Shown here: positions 25,691 through 37,500 of the stretch, piece after piece
Position numbering within the stretch: the first letter of the stretch is position 1
Layout of the letters: the number at the start of each line of letters is the position of its first letter
Assembly (NCBI GenBank): GCA_973895155.1
Contig: OZ316895.1
Coordinates: forward strand, 19,606,803-19,670,802
DNA from: Marsupella aquatica
Taxonomy: Eukaryota > Plantae > Marchantiophyta
Direction: 5' to 3'
DNA length: 64,000 bases
Position numbers and translations under genes: made by a program
Notes under the pieces: model-generated
Databases searched by the model: none
What the model was told of the DNA's origin: nothing
The model's input: the letters and a program-made list of their open reading frames with translations, nothing else

Positions 25691-28440
25691 AGAAACAGCT
25701 ATCAGAATGTAACACTATTTTCAATAAAACAAGTTGAATTAAGAAATCTGACTAATGTTCACTATCAAGACTACCAAGAGAACAACAATAGACATCTTAT
25801 GGGAGATAATGTCATACTGTGATTCAATATAGAATTATTAGGAAAACATTAACCTGATAAGTCTGTAGATACTGATTAGCCTGAGTGCTTCAGTTGCTCA
25901 TTTTAGGTACCCAAGGAACTGTATAGGGTCAATGATACCTAGACTGAATTTGAAAGGAATAAGATTCTGCACCCTAAGGTGTTCAACTGCTTTCAAAACT
26001 CTTAGTTTAATTAGTTTGTAATTTAAGGGAGATTCTCAGCTCACTGGGTATGTTTCTTACCTCTTGCTGGCTCTAAATCACCATGCACCTATGGAACCCC
26101 ATTTTCCTTCTGATTTGCAAAGCCACCATTCCCACTCATTGGCTTCCCTTCTTTCTTCATATGAAACAATTTGGTTAATACATATTTCAATTCAGCATCT
26201 TCTAGCTTTTGTTTTTACACTCTTGTTATTTACATTTGAATTGATCTTGTTTGCCCTGCACCCATTTACTTCCTCAAACTAGCTTTATCCAATGTTGTTA
26301 GCCACAAGTGTCCAACCCTTTCATTTCCAATTTTGTATATAATGCTGGAAATGAAAGATGGGAAGCACGGAGAGCACAAGGAGATGTGGGATCGTCTTTG
26401 GAACGGGTCAACTTTCTTGAAAGCATATCAAATCTCAACGGAAATCGATGACTGGTGGAGGACTCAAATCCAAGTGCATTAATGTTCAATCAAATGATCT
26501 TGTATGGACTGTCTGCATGTGAACTGTCTTAGTGTTCTCCCCTGTTTCCCACGCCTCTTTGTTCCAAATGTGAAGATAGTATAATTACCGTCTCTAGGCA
26601 TTATCCCATAGATCCTAGGGAGTGCTAAGATGAGAATAACTAGATGCTTTTCAGTACTAGTTCATCCACAGAGTAAGTAGATTATGATTGGGCACCTACA
26701 TCTCTGAAGGGTTATAGAGTGCAACTCCTGGAGATGGTACATACTATATGAAGCTGGTCAGTATGTCTTAGTTAGGTTTAGGCCAAAACAAACTCAGGAG
26801 GGACTGAGTTTTTCTTGGTGAACTAGGCAGTTTTCATACTCTTCCATTCTTGATTTGATCTCCTTCTTTCTTTGGCTCAATCTAGCTAATAGCACATAAA
26901 GGATGGTATGAAAATACCGTGGATCACTTTCAAATGTCTGATGGAAAGTACCTAATATAGATGTTGTTTGTTAGTTAGACTTTTTGGGGTCTTGTTATCA
27001 GTCAACATGTATCTTCCTCAAGATTGCTGTAGGTCTTCGTTTGTTGCAACCATGATGTGACTTTGCTAGCTTTTTCAATCATGATATGACTTTGGTAGCT
27101 TTTCATGCCCAAAGCCATCAGGTTTAAGTATATAATAATGCGTTGTTTACAAGGCATTGTTGGATGTAATGCCCCCAAAATGAGAGCTCTAGCTCGAGAG
27201 TTGAGGGGCTATTATTGCGCATAATGCTCTAGAATTAGGACAATAAACAATACACTTAAAGGGCTAGTAAGAGATTTTTCTTTATTTAATTTTAGTAACA
27301 GTTGAGGATAATCTTCCTAAAGAACGGATCTTGACCGTCATTTTCCTCCAAGAATGCAATGAAATATACCAAGGGAAACTCACTAACTAAGGGATTACTT
27401 TCCCCTGTGGTAGTAGTGGACAGACTGAGCCTTACACATGCATGTTTCTTTCAGTCTCTTTAGGGTACGGTTTAGGATTTGTTGTGATAACATCTTTCTT
27501 TTACATATAAAGAGTTCACAAATTTTGGTCATAAACCACTTGGCCCCTTAAATAAAAAAATTCTCAGATGGACCACAACCTCTGACCTTGCAATTCAGAT
27601 GGAACTAGAAGCTTTAGAGAACCAAATACTATTCCAAATCAAAGCAATGTCTGAAAATGCTCGGGGGCCTCACTCTAACAGGGCTCTCATAACACGCCCG
27701 ATGTTTTTGGCTATTAAACACCCTAAAAAATAAGAAAAATATAATTTTGAACTATGTTTCCCCTATATTTTTGGAATATTCTAAAAATATTCTCAGAATT
27801 TATTTCTAAAATGCTACTTTTTCTTATAATTCTCAAAATTGGATTTAAAAAACCGGAATGTTCTTCTACATAAATTTAAAAGTATTCTTCTCAACCCAAT
27901 AAACAAACCCTATACTTACTTTTGCATGATGGGTAGAAAGGAAATAAGTGAGGACTCTGGGTAAAAATGGTTCATCTAGGCTGTTTATCAAAACATTTTG
28001 GCATATTCAAGCTTCTTTTTCTTGAATCAAACTTGGTTGATAAAGCTTTTGAAACTCAAAATTGGACTATTGAATTGAAGCCCAGACTCAAAGCAATGCT
28101 TGAAAATAGTGCATCCGGGTTGCAAGAGTCTTGGTTCATGTTTGGCCATTCAAACATTGTTTCTTTGCAAAGTCCTGGTTGCCATTCTGGCAACACTTCA
28201 TTCAGCTTAGTCATGACCAATATAGTGTAGTATTAAGTGTTCAAGCAAAGCCCAGAACTTTGACTAAGATAGTCTGACTTGGCTTAAAGAGAGATTAGCC
28301 ATGACAAAAACTTGGTTCCACCATTTGGAGTACCTTTTCCTGAAATTGTGGAGCAAAGTCTCCACGGGTAGAGAAAAAGAATGTGAAAAAAGGAGAAGTA
28401 TTGGACACTTCTCCTTGTCTAAGGCCAGTGGAGTTTTAAT

Positions 28441-28720
28441 ACCGTAATTCCTGTCAGGAGAAGAGGTTACCGGTGTGTAACCATTTCTGCAGAGGCCTGC
28501 TATAGTCATAATCTGCTGTCCTGAAAAATTGAGCCGGGAACCTTTCCAGGCAGGAGTTACGTACACTAGTGCAGGGCAGGGCTGGGGTTATAGACTGTAA
28601 CCTGCTCCCGGAATATTCAAAGAAGCTTTCCGGCTGCCGCCGATCAGCTTCTTTTCATATTCTGGACACAAGGTTAAGGCCTAGTAACCCTGTGCCCAGA
28701 CCTGCCTTACCTTATACTTA
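28441..28720 (-). repeat. Dispersed repeat family A relative, inverted copy
   Basis: The reverse complement reads ...GGTTACACACCGGTAACCTCTTCTCCTGACAGGAATTACGGT, matching the ends of the copies at 14220-14258 and 848-888. CTGGGCACAGGGTTA is also shared. Confidence 0.6.
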
Positions 28721-29393
28721 ACATATTATGGCAAACTCATGGCTCCCCTACATGAGTCCCAATTGTTACTCTGGCAATGAAAACTCAGAAGTTTGTGTTT
28801 ATTAATGACTTTGTAAAGAATCTTAAGTTCACTTGTCACATTGCTGATGGTACCATGGCTTCATAAGCTTCCCTTGACGAATCCCCGATGACAAAAGTGA
28901 AGGGTTTCCAGAACAAAAACCAACATAGGTTGGGCAGCAGCGGGCAGCAGACACCCGGGACTGGGACGGGCATTATCTGGGGCCCCGAGTAAATTGGGGG
29001 GTAACTCGACCTTGATTTAACCCCGGTGAGAACAACATATCCTGTGGACGAGACATAAAGTGACACATCGGTGACTGAAATTCGAATCCAGAAATGGCGG
29101 GACAGCTCGTTGTTTGCAGAGTAGTAGCTATAAGGCTTCTGTGTCTGCTTCCCATCTTTTGAACTGCACAACTCCGCAGACCACTTTACGAGCCAAATGT
29201 TACCAGCGCTGCTCCAATTTCGTTTCTTTCTGCGGGTTCCACAGATGGGCTGGCAGCTATGATCAATTTAGCACCAGGGCACCTTTGTGGCACTTAGTGG
29301 CAGATTTGCGCAGTTTGTGTTCGGAATTTGGACAGATTGCTCCGTCGTGAAGGAGGAGGAGTTCATCGGACAAGTCTGTTTGCATTCAGCATC

Positions 29394-31581
29394 ATGCCGT
29401 ATATGGCCGTTCAGTGCTTCAGCTGTCAGCATATGCAGGTCTGTCTGTCTGTATGCCTTCCCTTTCTTCTTCTTCTTCGTCTTCTCCTTCAAGGGACAAG
29501 TCTGTATGCATTCGGCATCTTGCTAAGTAGGGCCGTTCACTGCTTCAGCTGTCATTATATGCAGGTCTGTCTGTCTTTCCCTTCTTCTTCGTCTCCTTCA
29601 GGGGCGAGCGAACTGTATGACGTGTTGGTAACTTCCATCTATAAATATAGAGCACGTCTTGAAGCCTTCACATCAACATTCTTACGGATAATTTGCAATC
29701 AATGAGTTTGCGAAAGGGGAGCCCTTCTATATGCCCTCGTAGCTTGTTGGTGGCCAGTACAGTGAACTTCAATTCAGGTCGGGAAGTGTTAGTCAGTTGA
29801 ATTGGGCAAATAGTTCCCTTCTTATCACTGCTTCCACGTCCTGCTTCGGTGTCATTGGACACTGTCATCAACTCATTCCTTATCATTGTCGTGCGGTCCA
29901 CTACACTTAGATTTCATTGTTTTATCCTGACGTTTGCTCATATTGACGTCATATATAAGTCTGCATTTTCGGTGAATTCTTTGCAATCAAGGTCACCTCT
30001 CAGAGACTTTGCCCGAAGTTGCATGCCTGTTTTTGTTTCTTCTGTGTCGATGACTTGAAAGGATATAATCTGGTTGTTAATTTTGGGACATCCCACAGAA
30101 CGCATGAAATCTCTGCCGTTGTATCTCTGATGCCGTTCGGGAGTATCTTGCAATTCTAAGTATCTCGTATGGGCGTGCGGAAGTCCAACAGGAATTAGAA
30201 AACATAGCTCAAAATCTGCTGCAAAACTCAAGAGTTTTAGCTCAAACCGGTCCATATGACAGCATAGTTCATCGTCTTTGTCTCGGATGACTATTGGACC
30301 AATTTTGTATCTAAATTCAAACCGCAGTCCTGGGATCTTGACGATAATTTTCAAAGTTGATAACTCGGTCGATAACTTTTGTGAGTGAGTCAGCTACATT
30401 CAAAAGTGGGTATTCTCCCTGAGTAGAAAAATATGATTTCCATGTGGCGAAATATTTCTCGCGTAGGCAGCCTTGTCCTTTGATTACTGCTGCATGAAAA
30501 TCTGAAGGTCCGATAACTTTGAGCTGTCTCCGCACTTCTTATGCGAATGAATTACAGGTGAAGGAGGTGAGGAAATCTTCATCGAGCAGCAGAAAGTGGT
30601 CTTGCGCTATCTGCAACGAGAAGCAGTCGTTCCGCAAAGTGTTCAGCAGTGCAGATACCGCCAAAGAAGTTCGGAAATTCGTTCAACAGTTCAACCTAAC
30701 CGCCGGTCAGGCTGCACATGCTGAAGGTATTTCCAGTTTGGAGACTGGATCTCCTACAGAAGATTCGTCTTACGATTACCGCTACCAGGAAGACGAGGGA
30801 GGACAGATGAGGACAATGGATGCTGATGACTATGCTGGACAAAAGAAGTCCTTCAAGTGGGATAAGTACTTACATGATGAGGTCAGACCCATGTCCTACC
30901 AAATGCCTAAATTCCCCCTAGGGTGTCTTATAACAGAACTCGCTGAGATAATTGCTCAGTATGGTCTAATTGTGGACAGTTATTGCCAGGTTGTCGACAC
31001 TACAGGTTTATTGGACAAGTTAACGTCATACTGGTTTATGAGAACGGGTCATGAACGTGATGACTTGCAGCCTGCATTTTTTGGAATTCTGAACGGTCTC
31101 ATTCATGCAGAATTGGTTGAGACTAAACCCTTACTTCTTATTGACCTCTTACCAGGAGCATGTTTGTTCTGGGGACGAATTCCAGCAAATATCTGACGAC
31201 ATGAGGTTCACGACTACTCTTCCTGAACCAACCTCTCGCAGAAGGACGAGACCTCGTTCTTTTTCTCCCCCACAGGAGAGGCCTTTGCGTGCCTTTACCA
31301 CCTCTATGGATGATACTGATGCCGAGCCTGGAAGTTTCATCAGTGATAACAGGAAACCGCTGACGTACAATTGGCTACCTAGCAACCCATTGAATGTTCA
31401 GTCAGGCAACGATTCTGGATCTGAAGACAGCACCCGATTAGGAAAATCAACGTGGAAATTGCTAACAGCTCCAGAATCGACGTCAACCTCGGACTCTGAG
31501 TGCTTTCCAAAGAGAGTCAAATCTTGCCATGCCCAAGTACCACTAGCGCAGACCTCAAAGTGGAGCAAATATCTCAGTTGA
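29394..31581 (+). CDS. MRNIP: MRN complex-interacting protein-like (MRNIP/C5orf45 family), 3 exons
   Basis: Exons 29394-29438, 30558-30881 and 31156-31581. The N-terminal zinc-ribbon reads MAVQCFSCQHMQ|VKEVRKSSSSSRKWSCAICNEKQSFRKVF...AKEVRKFVQQFNL, followed by a low-complexity tail with KWDKYL and SKWSKYL motifs typical of the family. Confidence 0.85.
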
Positions 31582-33112
31582 TTTCAGGCAATTGTTCACG
31601 GCTTCGTTAGTAGAAGTAATACACAATTGATGTACAGTGACATTGCACTTCACAGCCACATTGAGCAATGTCCTGTCTTACTGTAAATTTCAGCTGTGAA
31701 CTTGCTTCCACGAAAAGTCGTCTGTGACCAAGCATGAAAAGTGGGGATCCTTGTCAGGGGCTGGACAACACTACTCTCGTGTGAAGGTTAAAAAGGTTGA
31801 TCAACATTGATAAACTTGTGAATGACGCTAGAATGTTCCTGTCAAGTGGACAGCAGGTGGATATTAATATGATCTTGAGCACTTCCTTATTCAGCAAACT
31901 CAGATTTTGTGTTCGCTTATGAAGATTAGAATATTGTTGCATCGTACTATCCTAAGTTGCCAGGTCGTAGAAATCCTGCTCATCTGCACGGAGTTACTCG
32001 GTGATGATCTAATATCATGGGCCCTTTCTTGAAGTTGCATTAACTTCCATGTGTATATGGTAGATTGACTGGAGTAGTCTCCAATTCTTGAAGGGTATGG
32101 TTAAGTGAATATGCAATCAATCACATGAAATCAGTGCTTAGTCAACTTTCAGTCGAGAGGAAAAGCCACCGTACATTGTAATTAGTGGTTCTTCTAGACT
32201 TTAGTAGAGCCTTCACAGAAATGTGCTTCGTTTCTGTCTTGATAGATAATTTCCAGAATGATTGTTGATTTTTTTGGATTTTGAAGCTTTGTCCAACTAA
32301 AAAATTGGACATCTATCAGTCTGCAACTCAAGTTTTCTGACCTTGAGTAAAGATCTTGAATATCTCTGATCTGGAAAATGCAGAAGGAAGCAGGAAATTT
32401 AAAAAGTGGGCTGTTAATTATGACGAATTCAATAAGATGATGTCAAACTTGCGTCTTTTACACAAGATATCTTCTGGCTGCTTCTGGACCTCTAAGCTAG
32501 CGACTCCGTTGTGCCATATCTGCACCTGTTGCAAAGAACATGCGTGTTTCATCTTTTCCAAATAGATCCCTCTTTATTTCTCTCTCCTCTACTTTGTCAA
32601 AAAAAGAGTCTGCAGATAGGTAACTTTCATGCGTTCCCTCACAGCGGATGAAGGGTAAAGCCTACTCGGAGTGCGGATAAGGAAGAGGAAATGAAGTCAT
32701 CAAAAGACATAATTTGTGCAAAATGTGGTTTTGTAGGGCCGAGGAATCCCTTGCAAACATTGTGATGTTGGCTCCCAACTGATGAATGAGACTGTCGATG
32801 AGTGCTTCCTTGTGAAATGTGTCGTCCAAATTAGCAAATTCTACAATTTGTTGTTCGAATTTCTTTGTCAGGGCTTGTAGACATATGCATAGCTCTTGAT
32901 TGGCGACTAACTTGTTCCTACTTTTCATGAGACAGTTATCAGTGAGAACGAATGCATTATCTAAAATCCACTAGGAGCCGAAATGACCATGCGACCAACA
33001 GAGATCCTAACAAGTGGGAGGGACTGTCATTCATTTAATCACAAGCGATACCCAAGAAACGTTCCAAACGAGGGCATTCCATTCAATCACAACAGTCAAT
33101 TGCGACTGTCTT

Positions 33113-36100
33113 TTAGAAGCGTAAGGCTAGATTACCAAATTCTGCTGGCCTTTTCTCAGAATCCGACGCTTGAGAAGATGTTGGGGTCTTCAAAGACATG
33201 GACAGTTGTTGGGTGGGATCCTTACGAAGAGGCATGGCATTGCCCTGATGGCTGCAGCGAATATTCTCATTTGGCCTGGCAGGAGAGGTCGATGTTGATG
33301 ACGTGACAGTAGAATTGGAGTTTCCACTGCCATTGCATGTTGGTGTAGGAGTTCTTGCCAGAAGCCAGCCCATCACTTCCTCCATGTCCACTTGCCCATC
33401 TCTTGGTGAAGTGGGATCCCCAGTTGCACACTCCCGCATCTAAAGTTCAATTTAGAATCTAATAAATAAATTTGAAAAAAATGAATTGCACCTGGTTCTA
33501 CAGTGAAGGTGAGGTCATCATGTGAGGCCATCACTGGATAACCTCCACATTTTAACTCTCAACAAGTTAATCAGCTTGAAGACTTCTTGCAAGGGAAAAC
33601 AATTACAGGGTGATTTAAAACTACTAAAGCACCATGACTTGGATCTTTTGGTATAAAGTATAATCTAGCAACTGGTTTCTGTGAAGGTATGTGAGCATAC
33701 AAGTAAGTGTGAAAGAGTGGACCTCTTGGAAAGAGGAAGCATCTGAATTACTCAATGCACTAAGGGGTTTGCGACCTCCTTCAATACCTGCAGATAGACA
33801 AATGCCGTATAAAATAAGGTTGAGATGCAATTACAATTGCGACAACAAGCACAAGGGCGTATAATGGTTCTGTAAATATCCGATCTGAAATTTGTGTCTC
33901 TCGGCCTCAGATCTAGCTGGGGTACTCTGTTCTTGAAGGGAAATTGATATGTAGCTATTTCGACATACTTATGCGGTTCTCGTCTTAATTCGAGGAATCA
34001 GCTCATCACTGCTGAAATAAAGTCGAAGATTAGTGATCTCAGGTAATATTCTGCCCAGCTCGACACATCTAGAAACCGACCGCTTGCAACAACTGAGGCA
34101 AGATCTTTGAACCTACGTTGAATTTCGTTGTCCCCTGGGATCTCAATCGACAAATTGTGCTTCACGCATGAGCTTCTGCTCACACAAGGCATGAACATGC
34201 CTATTCCATCCTCCCTGGGTTGATATGTCGTGCCTTCAAAGAATCAGTCAAGTCAAACCGTACATAGGGACAAGATAAACGCCGTCTCGATCTACACCGC
34301 TCTCAAGACACGATAGGAATGAAATTTTCTGGAAAACAACTAGTGTGCATACAAGGATTTTTGGATGTCGTTGTCCCTGCACTTAGGACCAGAGCTTTCC
34401 CTAATACAACTTGGCAATCGAATATTACCTGTACTTCAGCTTCTTTCCCCTCTTTGCCACGTTTTTGACGATCTGGTCGGATCCCTCAGAATCTTGAAGA
34501 GCAGGCATGCCATTGAGGGAAACTGACTTGCCTGGACGGTGTGACCGCTTCTTACAGAGAGCGTTATAGCGATTCTTGACAGCATTGTCTGTCCTGCATC
34601 AAGCCAACTTCATCTTCATAACCATGACTCTCTGAAATCTTTCGTGATCTGAGACATGTCAGAGTATCCATTCATGTTGCGATCGAATTTTCTATACTTC
34701 CGACGATTCGTCAATTCCCAGAAGTCTCTAAGACCTAGACCCTTGTAACCAACAGCATGAACATTCATTTTGCAGTCGCTTAGAGTTAGGTGTGGTCAAT
34801 GGTAGCACTAGTGAAAGGGCTTGCTTAAGGTCACTATTGCTCACTTTCATTGCTGAATAAAACATCTGAGGGAGCAGAGTCGTTGTATAGAAATGGAATT
34901 ATTACAGTGACAAGACCAAGCTACCAAGATGGACGTTCGTATTCGACGAAATAGGAGCCTGAGCTGGTAAGGAAAGGAACATTGACAGTAGCATTGTGCC
35001 AGGTAATTAAGGTGGCAGTTCTGTTCGTGGAAGGTAGCCAGTGTTGCACTGAATCTATGCAAATGCTTACTTTATCCATAGCAAAGTGGGAATAATAGCC
35101 GAGGACAATCTTGGGCATTGCATTTTGGACGTTGGCTTATTTTTTCTGATCTACATGCAAAATTTGTCTGTCATATTTGAGGTTCTTATCACAAATCTAG
35201 TGATGTGTTGCCTGTTACCTGCCTGGAACCATTTTGGCTATTTCTGTCCACCGATTGCCATATGAATTGTGTCCCTGCCCGAGAGAAATCCAACATTTAG
35301 AGCTAACTGGACGAAATAGCTATGCAAACGATGCTCTGAAGTGAATGACAACAAGTCATCCAGGAGAGTCCTAGTGAGAACTTTTCAAGCTGATTCCCTA
35401 AGTTGAGTTTCCTTCTTCGGAAATGGACTGTGTGGAAGGGAGGAGATGGGGTCGGGTACCCTCTTCTCTACTTCTTTGTTAGAACTAATTCCACTCTAGA
35501 TTTCTGTGAACGACATCTTCTACATTAGCGTATACTTCCTTGTCTTTATTGTAAAGAAACATGAAATGCACCTGGGTCCGTCCTATCCCCCTCATCGGAG
35601 TTCATCTATAGAGTTCGTAAAAAATTGATGAAGCGATTGAACGTACCTCTATCAAAAGTCGGTCTTCCTCCTCGCTCCAGCTGCTCTTGTTCATGCACAT
35701 GTGAAGATAGGTCCGCCATCTGTAAGCTCACCGTTAAGTGATGTAAGCTGCCATCACATTCATTAGAAGAAAATCACACCGTGTCGATCGAGATCGCATC
35801 TAGCTCATCCGACCACTGTCTCTCCCTCACTCTGCTGCGGTGTACCCCCTAGCCCGATGCCCATTAAGATGACACTACTAAATATCTTCACCTTCTCTCC
35901 GGCCGTTTCCTATAAGCTCTCCTATTTTATTCGATTCCCGTAGCCATCAGCTCTTAGAAGGACTGTGCATCACCGGCCATAAGAGAAGATTCAGTCAGCA
36001 ATTATCGTTGTCAATCTCATCTCATATCACTAGTCTAAAGAAAGAAACTATTCATCTGTTCGCCAGTAGTCTTGTAAAACCACGCTCACCTTTTTCTGCA

Positions 36101-37500
36101 TTCTCGTGGTGTCTTGTTGTGCATCTTGGCCGAAATGATATGCCACCTGACCATCATGCCCAAGCGAAACTCGCTTAAAGTTATTCTCTGGAGCACCAAA
36201 GCAGCAAATTTATTTAGCCAAAGACTAATAATCATGGAGCTTCAGTACGGTAAAACTATTTGACGGTCCCTCCAATCCGAGAAGTCGGAAAACCTATTGC
36301 TGATCAGATCATTTCCCTTGCTCACTGCTGCCTGGCTTCTAGAGTTGAATGAAATCAACTATGCAACCAGTGTAAACAGACGACCGATATGTCACATTCG
36401 ATAAATTTGAAGTTGCTGATTGATTCCACCACTTGCTGATTGATTCCACCACCTGCTGATTCCAAAAACATTCACGAATCCGTCCACTTACTTTTTTGTA
36501 CCGTGGCGCTTGACGAGCTCCCTTAGAAGTTCGTCCTCCTGGATTGATTTGGACATGACAGCTGTCAAAAACCTGCAAAAGCTCCTTAACAACTTGGTCT
36601 AATTTTATGCTTCAAGGTGTCTGGTAGTGAACGCAGCAGAGATCGGATCACAACATCTCAGTTCCAATACCTATGAAGGAAGGATTCCAATTGCCTCAGA
36701 GTATGAAAACGAATTTTGATGATTTAATTTCGCCATAGAGCTCACATCTCAGTAAGAAACGTAATCATATATAGGACCGGATTAGGCTAGAATCCGAGTT
36801 CTTCAGATTCTATAATCTCGATGCTATGTATACACGAGTTGAAGTGGAAGAACTCTCGGAGGAGCTTCCCTCACAAGCAGTGAAAAAAGATTCAACTCTT
36901 AAACTCAGCGAACATTCTGAGTAAAGACAAGACTGAGTGGATGGCAATTGTTGGCCAGAGCTGACATTGATTGAGGATCGTGAATCGACGGAAATTGGAT
37001 ACTGTACAGTACTAATCGCGTTGGTAAGAGGAATTCCGGAAGGTGAGCTAGAAATCTGTAATCCACTGAGCAAGGTTGGATGTAGGATTTGTAAGTTAAG
37101 GTTGGATTGCTCCCATAATGCTATTGACTTTGAGAAAGGCACCACCAGCAAAAATCACGTCATCAATTGCATTCCAATGTGAGTGAAGTAGCTAAGACGA
37201 TTGTCACACCTGCTCTGAGAAGTTGGCGGGGGGATCCATGGACAGATGAGAGTCAGTAGGAGAGTCAGGTGTGGCTGGGGATTCCGACGATAAAAAGCAC
37301 GAATGCTGCGTCGCATGCCCGCCGGCTGGAGTATGAACCATCACGGCTTCGCCGCCGCTGCTGCCACTGCTGCAGCAATTGTTATTGCTGCTGCTGCTAT
37401 TACTGTTGAGCGCCTGCAGTTTTGCACAAAATGATCCTTGCTGCTGGTCGGCACCGTCCCTCGAAAAATCCTCCGATCCAGCAGCCATGTTCGAGGCCAT
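33113..37500 (-). CDS. R2R3-MYB transcription factor, FOUR LIPS/MYB88-like
   Basis: Exons 37500-37210, 36538-36492, 36146-36090, 35719-35647, 35274-35219, 34593-34429, ~34175-34117, ~33787-33723 and 33439-33113. The spliced MYB domain is FSEQEDELLRELVKRHGTKKWHIISAKMHNKTPRECRKRWRTYL...WSEEEDRLLIEGHNSYGNRWTEIAKMVPGRTDNAVKNRYNALCKKR. The NRWTEIAK/RTDNAVKNR..LCKKR signature and many small exons point to the FLP/MYB88 clade. Confidence 0.87.

Noticed and set aside
27150-27240. Imperfect hairpin followed by CTAG (possible Helitron 3' end)
   Set aside because: The stem is weak, and I found no 5' end or second copy to support it.
32662-32928. 88-aa minus-strand ORF as an extra MYB exon
   Set aside because: The MYB frame already terminates at 33113, and I found no convincing splice sites linking this ORF.
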